NCBI GenBank assembly: GCA_964655485.1
Contig: CAZZMS010000090.1
Coordinates: 3,053 to 67,052 of the forward strand
Direction: 5' to 3'
DNA: 64,000 bases
Source: an uncultured Pseudobdellovibrionaceae bacterium
Lineage (GTDB): Bacteria > Bdellovibrionota > Bdellovibrionia > Bdellovibrionales > Bdellovibrionaceae
Positions 1 through 9,856 of this stretch are shown here, in pieces. Numbering within the stretch: position 1 is the stretch's first letter; the number at the start of each line of letters is the position of its first letter. The notes below the pieces were generated by a model. It did no database searches. It worked only from the letters and a program-made list of their open reading frames with translations, and was not told the DNA's origin. A program made the position numbers and the translations under genes.

Positions 1-97
1 GTGATCGAAACATCCTTAAATAAAGCTGTTGAAAGGTTTTACAGGCAAAGAAAAAACTCTGTTTTCGCAGTTCATCTGCTGTGCTAGAGGAAGGATT

Positions 98-1381
98 ATG
101 AAATTTAGGTTTGCTCCCTCCTTACGTCCTCCCACGATTTCCCAAGAAGATTGGAACTCTTGGAGCTGGCAAGTCAGAAAAAGTCCAAAATCCCTCGGGG
201 AGTTGGAGGATTGGGTCAGGATTTTTTCGGTACTAAGTTCACAGCAGAATAAACCTCTGGAGTGGAGCGAGTCTTTCAGAGGCGATATTTTATTGTTACC
301 CGAGGAACGTGAGGCCTTTTGTCGGCTTGAGGATGTGTTTTCCTTTCGAGTCACGCCTTATTATTTGAGCTTAATCGACTTTGAAAATGCGAATGACCCA
401 ATTCGAAAAATTGCCCTTCCTCGTCTTGCCGAGATCTCTCACCGGGGGCAGCAGCTTTTTGATCCCCTTGGCGAGCGCCGGCATAACCCTGTATCCAGGA
501 TTATTCATCGTTACTCGGACCGCGTTTTATTTTTAGTTACTGACTTTTGCAGTGTGTATTGCCGTTACTGCACGAGAAAGCATTTTACTGGGCAGGAACA
601 GGTATTCCCCAAGGAGGAGGAGTATCAGACGGCTTTGAATTATATTCGAGAACATCCGGGGATTCGTGAGGTAATTCTCTCGGGAGGGGATCCTCTCACT
701 TTATCTAACGCAGCCCTTTTTCGTGTGCTCAAGGACTTAAGGCGGATCGATCACTTGGAGATTATTCGCCTAGGGACCCGCATGCCTGTGGTATGCCCTA
801 TGCGTGTGGATGAAGAACTGGTGCGTGGCTTGCGGGAGTATAAACCTGTGTTTGTCATGACCCACTTTAATCATCCTCGGGAACTTACTGGCGAGGCGGC
901 CCAAGCTTTAGAGGGTTTCGTGGATCATGGTGTCCCGGTTTTTAATCAGATGGTGTTACTAAACGGAGTCAATAATGATGCGAGTATCGTCCAAGCTTTA
1001 AATCGGAGATTACTTTATCTGCGCGTGAAACCTTACTATATGTTTCAATGTGATCCTTCTATGGGCAGTGAGCACTTTCGTACCCCGGTGGAGGAAGGAG
1101 AAATCATTTTACGTGAACTTTGGGGGCACTTGTCAGGGCTAGCGATGCCTATTTTTTCTTTGGATATTCCTGATGGAGGGGGAAAGGTGACCCTCGTGCC
1201 ATCTTTCGAGCAATCGCGGGAGCCGGGACGACGTTTATATCAAGGCTGGGATGGACATCGTGCGTGGTATGAAAATCCCATCACCTCAGCGGAAAGACCT
1301 CGGGATGTTCAAAATTACCAAAGCGAGTGGGACAGTTTGAAAAATGCTAAAGTCGGGTTGCGCCATTCGGGTAACGACTAA
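98..1381 (+). CDS. KamA-family radical SAM enzyme (lysine 2,3-aminomutase / EpmB-like)
   Basis: CSVYCRYCTRK radical-SAM CxxxCxxC motif and a KamA-like N-terminus (WNSWSWQVR). The ORF opens at 29, but ATG at 98 follows an AGAGGAAGGA Shine-Dalgarno, so 98 is preferred. Confidence 0.8.
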   Translation: MKFRFAPSLRPPTISQEDWNSWSWQVRKSPKSLGELEDWVRIFSVLSSQQNKPLEWSESFRGDILLLPEEREAFCRLEDVFSFRVTPYYLSLIDFENANDPIRKIALPRLAEISHRGQQLFDPLGERRHNPVSRIIHRYSDRVLFLVTDFCSVYCRYCTRKHFTGQEQVFPKEEEYQTALNYIREHPGIREVILSGGDPLTLSNAALFRVLKDLRRIDHLEIIRLGTRMPVVCPMRVDEELVRGLREYKPVFVMTHFNHPRELTGEAAQALEGFVDHGVPVFNQMVLLNGVNNDASIVQALNRRLLYLRVKPYYMFQCDPSMGSEHFRTPVEEGEIILRELWGHLSGLAMPIFSLDIPDGGGKVTLVPSFEQSREPGRRLYQGWDGHRAWYENPITSAERPRDVQNYQSEWDSLKNAKVGLRHSGND

Positions 1382-1989
1382 AAGACTAATCCCAAGTAGG
1401 CACTAAAAGAGGTGTTGGGCTGGGGCCCTAGCAGGGGACTATATTCCCCATGCCATTGCACAACTCCTGTGATGGCCCACCAATGCCATACAAGGGTGGG
1501 ACCTACCTTAAAATAAGGTAACAAGCCGCTGGTTACAGAAAGTGTTTCACCCGCAAAATTTTGCTGAACTTGAGTTTGTGCCCAAAAGTTTCCCCCTTCG
1601 AGCTTGACGGAAAAAAAGGGGTGTATTTTCCAAAGCGGAGCTAGGATGACTAATCCTAGCCTTTGGAATTTCCATTGGCTTTCTAAGTTACCTACCGCTT
1701 GCGTGGATGGTTGGCTTTGTGCCCCTTCTGCTCCAAACTCCCAGCCGGAGCGATTTTCTATGGTCCAACGAAAAGCGATTTGTGAGATGGTTGTGGGATT
1801 GAGGGCTGAATCTTGGATTTCACTTTGTTGGTAACCGAAAAGAAGTTTTTGCTTAAGGGAACTAGAGATAGGTGTGTGGGGTTCTCGAGTCTCTAGGCGA
1901 GAGAAGCTTTGCTCCTGAGCCCATGACTGCATAGGTAAGGTGAAGATCCAGGATAAAAAAGAAAAGATGAGTAACACATTATTTCTCAT
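1378..1989 (-). CDS. small secreted protein, possibly an 8-stranded outer-membrane beta-barrel
   Basis: N-terminal signal peptide (LSWIFTLPMQSWAQEQ), alternating aromatic/polar pattern, and C-terminal ...YLGLVF aromatic terminus. Its start overlaps the stop of the upstream HExxH lipoprotein gene by 11 nt. Confidence 0.45.
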   Translation of the reverse strand: MRNNVLLIFSFLSWIFTLPMQSWAQEQSFSRLETREPHTPISSSLKQKLLFGYQQSEIQDSALNPTTISQIAFRWTIENRSGWEFGAEGAQSQPSTQAVGNLESQWKFQRLGLVILAPLWKIHPFFSVKLEGGNFWAQTQVQQNFAGETLSVTSGLLPYFKVGPTLVWHWWAITGVVQWHGEYSPLLGPQPNTSFSAYLGLVF

Positions 1990-3223
1990 GTTTGATTTCT
2001 AAAGCTCTTAGGTTGTTTCCTGGGTGTTCATGGATGCTAGCCTCAAAGGCTTCCTGTTGTTGGTTTTTTAGCTGTTCTACAATCCATGAGGGTTCAGGTA
2101 GTTTCTCTAACCGAGGAGTTTCTGGATTTGTGGCCGCATCGGGGTTAGACAAGGGCATGGACCAAGTGTTCACCTCTTGGGAAAGCTTGGAAATGAATAA
2201 AGTAAGGTTTTTTCTTGAGGTATTTCTATCTTGAGTTTTCAAAGTCTGATACAGCTGTTTAGCCATTTGACTGCCTAGTTGGTAACTAAAATATAAACGC
2301 ACCGCCGGTGCGGGGTTACTTAGTAACACATCCAGGAGTTGTTTTTTTGTCAGCAAAGAAGGTGGTGTGTCGCCATCCAAAGATCGACCCTTTTCTGATG
2401 GAATAGAGCGTTCCACAAAGTGTGTGTCACCCGTCACAAGCCACGCCCAAACGTCAGCTAGGGCTTCGTTCCAAGCTCGAACTAAGTAGTGAATATAAAT
2501 GGCCGATGATAAATCTACTGGGGCAAAGTCGGGTTGAGGCTTGCTGGGTCCGCTGGATATTTCCGGGGACTTCAGCAGAGCTTGCTTTAAGCCTTGGTCA
2601 CTAACACTTTGGGTCACTATGTGATGAAACAGGGCATGGAAATGCTCATGGGCCACCACTCCTGGGTTAATCACCAGATCGAGTTCGCTGAGTGTGTAAG
2701 GTTCGAAAATATAAATATCCCACTCCGGAGAGTAGCGCGCATTATTGTGACTTACGTTCTCACCCAGTTTGACTTTGGTGTCGAAAAAAACTTGTCTTGG
2801 CCATTTCAGATAGGAGCGTAAGCCCAGTTCTCCGTCGATTTCCCAAAGCTTTTCAAAAGTAGCATAAAGACTAATCAGACGAAGACTGTGAACATCCCGC
2901 CCTACCCAAATCCCCCTTGAGTCAAAAAAGCCTTTCAGATAGGGACGGATTCCTACTGGCCCTTGCGGCCCCAGCTCCCCTTGCAGCCAAATTTCAGCTA
3001 CTAGCCCACGGAGGGGAGTCGTTGAACTTAGAGTCCTAAGCTCTTGTGTGCTCCACTCCAGCTTTCTTGGGGCATACATGGTTTGTATGCGGGGTAGCCA
3101 CACGGAAATGGATGGCTGAGACTCTTTGTCAGTAAGGTGCGAACCACAACCTACTAGAAGCACACTCAGCAGAGTCCATGTGATAAGCAAGCCACGAAAA
3201 AGCTCACGGTGAGGATCCATCAT
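1979..3223 (-). CDS. lipoprotein with HExxH zinc-metalloprotease-like motif
   Basis: Lipobox LLVGCGS after a hydrophobic leader, plus VVAHEHFHALFHH (HExxH). No further family recognised. Confidence 0.55.
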   Translation of the reverse strand: MMDPHRELFRGLLITWTLLSVLLVGCGSHLTDKESQPSISVWLPRIQTMYAPRKLEWSTQELRTLSSTTPLRGLVAEIWLQGELGPQGPVGIRPYLKGFFDSRGIWVGRDVHSLRLISLYATFEKLWEIDGELGLRSYLKWPRQVFFDTKVKLGENVSHNNARYSPEWDIYIFEPYTLSELDLVINPGVVAHEHFHALFHHIVTQSVSDQGLKQALLKSPEISSGPSKPQPDFAPVDLSSAIYIHYLVRAWNEALADVWAWLVTGDTHFVERSIPSEKGRSLDGDTPPSLLTKKQLLDVLLSNPAPAVRLYFSYQLGSQMAKQLYQTLKTQDRNTSRKNLTLFISKLSQEVNTWSMPLSNPDAATNPETPRLEKLPEPSWIVEQLKNQQQEAFEASIHEHPGNNLRALEIKHEK

Positions 3224-3344
3224 ATCTTTTCATCCAAGCGATGTGCCACTGAGCCACAGGTTTAGGCTGCCAAAGGATGTCAAAACTTTAGACAAGAGGA
3301 CTTTCTCCTTCCGCTTGCTAAGCTTTCTTGCTTAGCTGAAAAAT

Positions 3345-3941
3345 ATGCAAAAAAAAATCGTTTTAGCCAGTCAAAGCCCTTATCGTAAAAAATTACTTTC
3401 TCGCCTCCCTTATCCTTTTGAGGCTGTTTCTCCCCAAGTCAACGAAGAGGAGTTAAAAGCCCAATGGTTAGCCCAAAAGTTGTCGGCTGATGAGCTTGCT
3501 CGGCGATTAGCCGAGGCCAAGGCACGAAGTGTGGTAGCTCAATACAAAAAAGAGCCAGAGCTTCTCGTTTTAGGTTCGGATCAGCTTCTGCATTTTCAAG
3601 GGGAAATTTTTGGCAAAAGTGGAAGTGTGGAGAAAGCAGCGGAGCAACTCATGCGTCTGCAGGGACATACGCATGAGTTAGTCACGGCGATGTGTTTAAT
3701 GGATCCTTCAAGCGAGAAAACCGAGGTTTGGACTGTGAGAGCTCGAATGTTCATGTATCCAATGAGCGAGGGAGAAATTTGGGATTACGTCCAACGTGAT
3801 CATCCCATCGATTGTGCTGGAAGTTATAAGCTTGAAGAGCATGGAATTTCCCTTTTTTCACGCATTGATTGTGAGGATTGGACGGCTATCGAGGGCTTGG
3901 GCTTATTGAGTCTCCAGCAGCGTTTACGCCACTGGAACTAA
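3345..3941 (+). CDS. maf: Maf-like nucleoside triphosphate pyrophosphatase
   Basis: N-terminal VLASQSPYRKKLL and overall Maf/YceF-like layout; about 198 aa. Confidence 0.8.
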   Translation: MQKKIVLASQSPYRKKLLSRLPYPFEAVSPQVNEEELKAQWLAQKLSADELARRLAEAKARSVVAQYKKEPELLVLGSDQLLHFQGEIFGKSGSVEKAAEQLMRLQGHTHELVTAMCLMDPSSEKTEVWTVRARMFMYPMSEGEIWDYVQRDHPIDCAGSYKLEEHGISLFSRIDCEDWTAIEGLGLLSLQQRLRHWN

Positions 3942-4070
3942 GGGCCCTTTTTGGTCTTTATTTGCGTCTTTTTAGAATTTTCTTTCATAAGTCGGCCTCA
4001 GGTGTTTCACAGCCTTGGTCCATGGTTTGAAATATGACAGATAACTCGATGAGCTACAGGGAGTGATGAC

Positions 4071-4931
4071 ATGAAATTGGAACTAGCCACAACCCAGATT
4101 TTTACTGGGCTGGGGAAACTGTCGATTTTTATGGGCTTGTTATTGACGAGAGGGCCTGATTTATGGGCCCTTCCTGCAAAAACCGCTCGTCAACTAAGCC
4201 TTGCTGAAGACTCAGCCTGTAGGGTGGAGGCCGCTCAGCCCTCTTCTCCTGTGTTGTATGCTGAGGATTTTCGCTGGGGCCTGTTGCGCGAGGATTTATT
4301 GAGCTTATTTGAGTGGACTTATCAATCGCCCAAGCGTCTCATGCACCATGCGCGCATTCGTGGCGATATGATTGTGTTACCTTATGAGGCGGAACGAGGG
4401 GGAGCTGTTGAAGTGCCTTTACAAGTGGCTGAAGTCATCGCCTCGCACATGGAAATGGCTATAAGTCGTCGCTTTGTGGATGCCGTTTTTTTTCCTGATA
4501 TGGGGCATTCCCATTTTTTGATTCCTGATCAGGTGTATGAAAAAGAGTATGCGGATATTCCCGTGAAACAATACAATCAGCTTTATCAAAAGTTGCTCAC
4601 AGATGAGCGAGTTTTGATCTTATACCACACGGCTGAGCAATTAGCCTTTATGGATGGAGATCAGGTAAAAGATGAGCCTTATTATCAGTGGCGGCATAAA
4701 ACCCGTAATTTATTGGCCAGCACAAAACTCGGAGTTCCTTTGCGTGTTGTGGAAAATCCCGACTCTCCGGCTAATACAGTAAATGAGGTGGCGGGTTATC
4801 GTTGGTGGGGAGCGGGTTTTCAAATCAGTGCTCATCATCGAGGATGTTTTGTTTACAAACACGGCTCGGAAGAACGTCGGTTTGACATCAGTTTGTATGA
4901 TTTGCCCAGTAACCAATCCTTTGCTGACTAG
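4071..4931 (+). CDS. hypothetical secreted protein
   Basis: 286-aa ORF with a hydrophobic N-terminal segment (LSIFMGLLL). No recognisable motif. Confidence 0.5.
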   Translation: MKLELATTQIFTGLGKLSIFMGLLLTRGPDLWALPAKTARQLSLAEDSACRVEAAQPSSPVLYAEDFRWGLLREDLLSLFEWTYQSPKRLMHHARIRGDMIVLPYEAERGGAVEVPLQVAEVIASHMEMAISRRFVDAVFFPDMGHSHFLIPDQVYEKEYADIPVKQYNQLYQKLLTDERVLILYHTAEQLAFMDGDQVKDEPYYQWRHKTRNLLASTKLGVPLRVVENPDSPANTVNEVAGYRWWGAGFQISAHHRGCFVYKHGSEERRFDISLYDLPSNQSFAD

Positions 4932-5067
4932 ATAAAATTCTTGTTTTATCAGGCTTCTGATGATTATTGGTCTGGACTTGTGTAGAGTTTTACATCCTTG
5001 CCAGGCCTAAGCCCATGAGCCGATAAGGATTTCTTCCGATTCCACGTGTAACCACAGGAGGTGGTTT

Positions 5068-5403
5068 ATGGAAAAAATCAGTAGGATCTTACCCACCAGT
5101 TCTCGTTTTCGTAGTCCCGATCCTGATTTTGCTCAAGCGGCTCGCCCTGGTGCTCCCAGTATGGGATTACGGTCGGGTTTAGTGAGCACGCGAGACCGTG
5201 TGAGCCTGAGTTACCCCGTCACGGAAGTTCAGCGTCCTTTCTTAGTCCAACATGGATCGCAAGCTGCCTCCTTCGATGAATCGATGCGGGAGTCGAAACA
5301 CCTGAGTGCGCGAGAGTCGCACTTGGTAGCACCACAAAGCCCAGTTCTCGACGCTAGCTCCGGGGACGAAGGAGTGAGTGGAACCATACATTTGATCGCC
5401 TAG
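5068..5403 (+). CDS. small hypothetical protein (111 aa)
   Basis: Strong Shine-Dalgarno AGGAGG 7 nt before the ATG. The last 162 nt are antisense to the 3' end of the pseudouridine synthase gene, so the C-terminal part is uncertain. Confidence 0.4.
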   Translation: MEKISRILPTSSRFRSPDPDFAQAARPGAPSMGLRSGLVSTRDRVSLSYPVTEVQRPFLVQHGSQAASFDESMRESKHLSARESHLVAPQSPVLDASSGDEGVSGTIHLIA

Positions 5404-6132
5404 AATTGGTTGCCCCAAGGAAGCTAGTTGTGCGCGTATTTGATGAGTTCTTCCGGTAACTAGTTTGACCCAGTAACGGTTGTAGTCAGCTAAGCTTTGA
5501 GACTTTAAAACGATTAGTTCGCAGCGTTGATATCCCTCGGCATTTAATCCTTCTAAGTTTGAAACCAGCTGTTTAGGAGCGCGAGCACTTTTAGCCATCC
5601 AGTGAATGTATCGATCTTGTTTTATCAATTGGCCTTTTTCGGTCACGGCTAGATAAATTTTTTTTGTGTCCTTGTTTTTATCCCAAAGCGCCTTCGTATG
5701 AGCACTTTTTGCAAAGCCTAAAAGCCCCGATGTTCCGACATCGAGGCGATAGAGCGGATGTAAATCTTGATGACCAGTGAGCTTTGCTGTGTAAGCTTTG
5801 GCGTTTTCCAAGATATTATCCAAGGTTTCGTGCGTAGGGATCCCCCAGGGCTTGTAAATCCAAACCCACTCAGGCGTCTCGTAAAGGACTTCGATTTTTT
5901 TTATTTGCTCCGCAGGATACCGCCGCGGTTGCAGGTGGATGCGTAAAATCGCCCCCGGTAGCACTGGAGCTTGGGGATTTGTGGTGCGGACGAAGTTGAC
6001 GTAAATGGCTCCGATTTGAATCAAGGCAGAGGCCTTCCTTCTAGGGATGTTCGTGTGCTGGGTGAGAATTTGAATCAATGATCCTGGGGTAGCCTCTGGA
6101 TAGCGCCAATGAAGGATGCGATTTTTATACAT
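5242..6132 (-). CDS. RluA-family pseudouridine synthase
   Basis: Catalytic RLDVGTSGLL motif, HQIRAQL motif, and an S4-like N-terminus. Confidence 0.8.
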   Translation of the reverse strand: MYKNRILHWRYPEATPGSLIQILTQHTNIPRRKASALIQIGAIYVNFVRTTNPQAPVLPGAILRIHLQPRRYPAEQIKKIEVLYETPEWVWIYKPWGIPTHETLDNILENAKAYTAKLTGHQDLHPLYRLDVGTSGLLGFAKSAHTKALWDKNKDTKKIYLAVTEKGQLIKQDRYIHWMAKSARAPKQLVSNLEGLNAEGYQRCELIVLKSQSLADYNRYWVKLVTGRTHQIRAQLASLGQPILGDQMYGSTHSFVPGASVENWALWCYQVRLSRTQVFRLPHRFIEGGSLRSMLD

Positions 6133-6137
6133 GGCGA

Positions 6138-6971
6138 TTATTGAGAAATACCTAAGGACTGCGGACGAAATCTTTGACTTTTGAACTGCTGTGGGGATTC
6201 GGTATGCTCATCTTCGTCAGCTAAGTTGGAAGTGTCCTTGAAAGAAAAGTTTGAAAAAAAAGCTTTCAGGGACAAGCCTGTATCTGGCGGTTGTTGAGCG
6301 GGTGAGCGGTCTTTGGGGGTTGTGTAAAAAGTGTTTTGCGGTGACCATGTTCGTTCATCCTTAAGATTGAGACTCCAAGAGGAGATGGATCCTTTTGCGT
6401 CCCTGGCTTGTAATACCACATGAGCGGCTTGGTTATTCCAGTTTGTGTTTTTATGCTTGATCTGGCTTGTAAGAGGTGCTGATACAATCCATGAGTGGGA
6501 TGTTGATTCCGACCGTCCTTCAACCGTAATGGGGTTTTGACCTCTGATGATTTCGTAACCTTTGGGTAAGAAGAGCTTAAGATTGGTGTTACCATCATAA
6601 ACAGAGAAGTACTCTATGTGGGGAATGATTTCCCACGTATGAGAGTCCAAAGCTCGTGCTTCCATATAGACTTGATGAGCTTGCCCGATTTTGCGCGACA
6701 TGAAAGCAATTTTTTTTTCAAAGGCTAACGAACTCATCCCATGAATGGGTTTAGATTGTCCTTCGGCACTGATCTTTGGAGTGGGGGATAAACTCAAGGG
6801 ACTTACGGGAGACCATATTGTAGTCCAAGCAAGAATCGTGGCTAGAGTCGTAAGTATGGCTAGAGTGAGTCTACGTTTTTTAAGTTTCAATAAGTAACAA
6901 TGTAGTGAAGAAGGGTATTTGGTCACATCTTTTTTTTGAAGGCGAGTGGACGTTTTTAATAATTTTGCCAT
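6138..6971 (-). CDS. membrane-anchored hypothetical protein
   Basis: Single N-terminal TM segment (LTLAILTTLATILAWTTIW). Lies 18 nt downstream of the protease-like lipoprotein gene and 5 nt upstream of the pseudouridine synthase gene on the same strand. Confidence 0.5.
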   Translation of the reverse strand: MAKLLKTSTRLQKKDVTKYPSSLHCYLLKLKKRRLTLAILTTLATILAWTTIWSPVSPLSLSPTPKISAEGQSKPIHGMSSLAFEKKIAFMSRKIGQAHQVYMEARALDSHTWEIIPHIEYFSVYDGNTNLKLFLPKGYEIIRGQNPITVEGRSESTSHSWIVSAPLTSQIKHKNTNWNNQAAHVVLQARDAKGSISSWSLNLKDERTWSPQNTFYTTPKDRSPAQQPPDTGLSLKAFFSNFSFKDTSNLADEDEHTESPQQFKSQRFRPQSLGISQ

Positions 6972-6989
6972 TTTTCATTCCCCAAATTT

Positions 6990-8882
6990 TTAATAGTTCG
7001 CTTGTATGTCATTTTTCGGGCACAGATAGTTGGTGTTAAGGCGCAGCCGGTAACGAGTAGTAGCCCGAACGCAGCCGCCTTGATCGACTTTGACATTGAT
7101 AAAATATACTCCGCGGGGCAAACCCGAGAGATCTACGGATTCTCGCCCCTGCCCTGATTGCTCGGGGTAAAAGCGTTCTGATGCGCGAACAATATAGTCT
7201 TTATCGAGATGAATAAAATCCGAGCGATAAATGTAGAGGTCTAGATCGTAGGGTGTACCTCCGCTTTCTGCTTCATATTCAAGAATTAAAGTGCGGTTAC
7301 CTCCATTGTGGTAAAACACATGGAAGTCGTTACTATTAAACATATCCGACCAAGCGATCTCACCGACTTGTCCACAATGGATGGCTGCGTTTGATTCATT
7401 TCGATCAGCCTTGGGTCCACCTGAGATCAATCGCCAGTAACCTCCTGTGCCGACTCCAAGATCTGGATGATCAGAGCAAGCAGTCGTTTTTTCCTCAAGG
7501 GGGTGAGCCCAATGGTAAAGGTTGGATGATTGTTTTTCGTAAGCAAAGGGTTTGTCGTTATTATAAAATCCGCTAGGAAGACTTTGGGAGGCCAAGTAGC
7601 GATTGACATGGTGAATGCTCCGCCCAATGAATTGCGGATTGGTCAGTTGCTGCATCGCACTCCAAACCAGAGAAAAGCCAATGTCAATCTGTTGATAAGA
7701 GCTTGTTCCTCCAACCCGAGTAATACTAAACAGGTATCGTGCAATCGCCATTTCGCGAAAGCTTCCTTCTCCAGGGGCTTGCGGCTGATCGGTTTCACTG
7801 GGACTATCGCGTTCCAGGGGATAATTGATACTCGTACTGGAGCTGTTACAACCCAGTGATATTCGATCAATATAGTTTGGTCGGTTGAGAACCGCTCCTT
7901 GAAAAAAATTAGCCCAGCCTTCGCTCCACGCGAGACGAGGATCAATAATTTGGTTTCCATTGTGCGAGCCCCCGGGGGAATCACTACGTCCCACGGCGTG
8001 TTCGATAAAATGCGCATATTCGTGAAGAATCACGGAGTTATCAAAATGATCTGTGTCAACTCCACAGATATTGCCATTTAATCCACCGAGAATATAAAGA
8101 CCTTGCGGCAAAGATTTACCCGGAGAAAAAAAACTGATTGGCCCATTGGATCCGAAGTATTGTGCCGGAGTAAATCCTTTTTTCCAATAAATGGAGGCTT
8201 TGGGTAACTTGTTGATTCTTCGGTCTGCCAAAAATTGATGAGTGATAAAAACGTTGTACAAGAGATTAAAAGGAGCAGCGGTCACGGCATCATCATTAAA
8301 AAGTGCAATGATCTCTAGCGGAGTGGCGGAGGATCCAACTTGGGTAGCGTTGGCAGGAACGCTCAGATTGTGGATGATTCTATAGAATTTTTTTTCAAAC
8401 GGATCATTCAACACACTGACTTCATAAGTCGTACTTTTGGCCCGCGAGTGGATGGATATGAATACGCTTCGGTCAGCAGCTTCTTGGGGTAGGGAAAATA
8501 CTGCCTCTCCGCTAAAGTTTGTTTGCCCACGTTGTATGATCTGGCCCAAGGAGTCGTAGACCCAAAACTCAGCTTCGGGTATGGGTAAAGGCTGAGTGGT
8601 TCCACTTCCCCAATCCACTGGCCTTTCAAATTGAGCGCGGAAGTAAATGTTTGTGATGGGACCCGAATACACTATGGGCGAGGTATTAACCTCAATTTCA
8701 GAACCCTCGGGTGGTAAGTTTGAGGATCTAATGACCTCTTCCTTCACGGGAGCGCAGGAGGAGATAAAACCTAAGATGAATACACCCACCAGTTTGGTGA
8801 TTCGTTGAGTGGCCTTCTTCAAAAAAAATGAAGTCCTATGAGAGCTGAATTTCCTCAAGGGACAAGTCCACTTATTCCCCAT
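6990..8882 (-). CDS. secreted lipoprotein, HExxH metalloprotease-like with C-terminal pre-peptidase-like beta domain
   Basis: Lipobox FISSCAP; VILHEYAHFIEH (HExxH). The C-terminal roughly 100 aa (YDLDLYIY...GVYFINVKV) resembles a PPC-type domain. Confidence 0.6.
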   Translation of the reverse strand: MGNKWTCPLRKFSSHRTSFFLKKATQRITKLVGVFILGFISSCAPVKEEVIRSSNLPPEGSEIEVNTSPIVYSGPITNIYFRAQFERPVDWGSGTTQPLPIPEAEFWVYDSLGQIIQRGQTNFSGEAVFSLPQEAADRSVFISIHSRAKSTTYEVSVLNDPFEKKFYRIIHNLSVPANATQVGSSATPLEIIALFNDDAVTAAPFNLLYNVFITHQFLADRRINKLPKASIYWKKGFTPAQYFGSNGPISFFSPGKSLPQGLYILGGLNGNICGVDTDHFDNSVILHEYAHFIEHAVGRSDSPGGSHNGNQIIDPRLAWSEGWANFFQGAVLNRPNYIDRISLGCNSSSTSINYPLERDSPSETDQPQAPGEGSFREMAIARYLFSITRVGGTSSYQQIDIGFSLVWSAMQQLTNPQFIGRSIHHVNRYLASQSLPSGFYNNDKPFAYEKQSSNLYHWAHPLEEKTTACSDHPDLGVGTGGYWRLISGGPKADRNESNAAIHCGQVGEIAWSDMFNSNDFHVFYHNGGNRTLILEYEAESGGTPYDLDLYIYRSDFIHLDKDYIVRASERFYPEQSGQGRESVDLSGLPRGVYFINVKVDQGGCVRATTRYRLRLNTNYLCPKNDIQANY

Positions 8883-8992
8883 AACTCGCCTATCGGCGGG
8901 GGGATAAAAGTCTAAAGACTCTGGTCTAGGTTTTTCTCAAAATAGGACGCTTTTACTTTTCAAAGGCTTTTACTCTGGGCGATAATGAGAGA

Positions 8993-9856
8993 GTGTTACA
9001 GGCCCGTCATTTGATGAGTTGTCAGTGTATCTTTTTGGATCACCAGACTAAGGTGTCGGAGATCGACTTTAACATGGCGAGCCGTGAGGACGTACTTTGC
9101 CTTGTCGGTAACCCGAAGCGCGTACATGGGATTTTGACGCCGGAAGCATTACTAAAGATTTTTATTAAGTACCAAAAGCAAGTTTTCCATCGCCTCTCAG
9201 AAAAAAAGGAAAATATCTTGCACTGGCTGAGTGACTTACCGAAGCCGCATTTTGTGCAAGAAGCTGAAGACTTTAACTCTGTGCTTAAGAAAATGCTGGC
9301 GAGCTCCCAAGCTTATCTCCTCGTGTTGGGGCAAGCCGAGGATGTTATTGGCTTTATACGTCATCGAGACTTGTTACCTTATTTTTCTTCCAAAGCGTCT
9401 ATGGGACTGGTTCATCAAGGGAAGGAATCATCATTGGAGAAAGAAAAAGTGCGGGCAGTCGCAAGCACATTAGAAAATGATGTGTACTATTTCGAAAGCT
9501 TCTTTACCAAAGCCCCCTTCATGATGCACTCAGTGAATCGCGATGGAATTATTCAACTGGCTAATGAGATGCTACATCATGTTTTGGGATACTATTATCC
9601 AGAGCTTTTGGGTCGCTCGATTGAGGAACTGTACACCAAAGAAAACTTTTTACAGGCTAAGCGTTCTATTCAAAGTATCATTGATGGCCAGTTCCAACCT
9701 GTGGTTAGTTCGCGGATGAAGCGTAAAGATGGTAAAACCATAGATGTTGAGATTACCTCTCGTGCATTGCTTAATAGCAGTGGTCAATCGGTAGGAACTT
9801 TGACAATCTCTCGCCCTGCTGACTTAAAATTGCTCATGGACTTTTACCAAGCCTAG
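8993..9856 (+). CDS. CBS-like plus PAS domain sensor protein
   Basis: The C-terminal half (FMMHSVNRDGIIQLANEMLHHVLGYYYPELLGRSIEELY...KDGKTIDVEITS) looks like a PAS S-box. The N-terminal half resembles a CBS pair. Start is uncertain (GTG 8993 or ATG 9014). Confidence 0.55.
   Translation: MLQARHLMSCQCIFLDHQTKVSEIDFNMASREDVLCLVGNPKRVHGILTPEALLKIFIKYQKQVFHRLSEKKENILHWLSDLPKPHFVQEAEDFNSVLKKMLASSQAYLLVLGQAEDVIGFIRHRDLLPYFSSKASMGLVHQGKESSLEKEKVRAVASTLENDVYYFESFFTKAPFMMHSVNRDGIIQLANEMLHHVLGYYYPELLGRSIEELYTKENFLQAKRSIQSIIDGQFQPVVSSRMKRKDGKTIDVEITSRALLNSSGQSVGTLTISRPADLKLLMDFYQA

Noticed and set aside
16-354. 112-aa minus-strand ORF at the window start
   Set aside because: It is entirely antisense to the KamA-family gene and has no SD. 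The same reasoning applies to the many 60-140-aa ORFs nested antisense or out of frame in confident genes (for example 1604-1834, 7391-8081, 12214-12497, 20316-20769, 27563-27940, 45568-46248, 49339-50059, 53077-53460, 59071-59445, 63102-63536).
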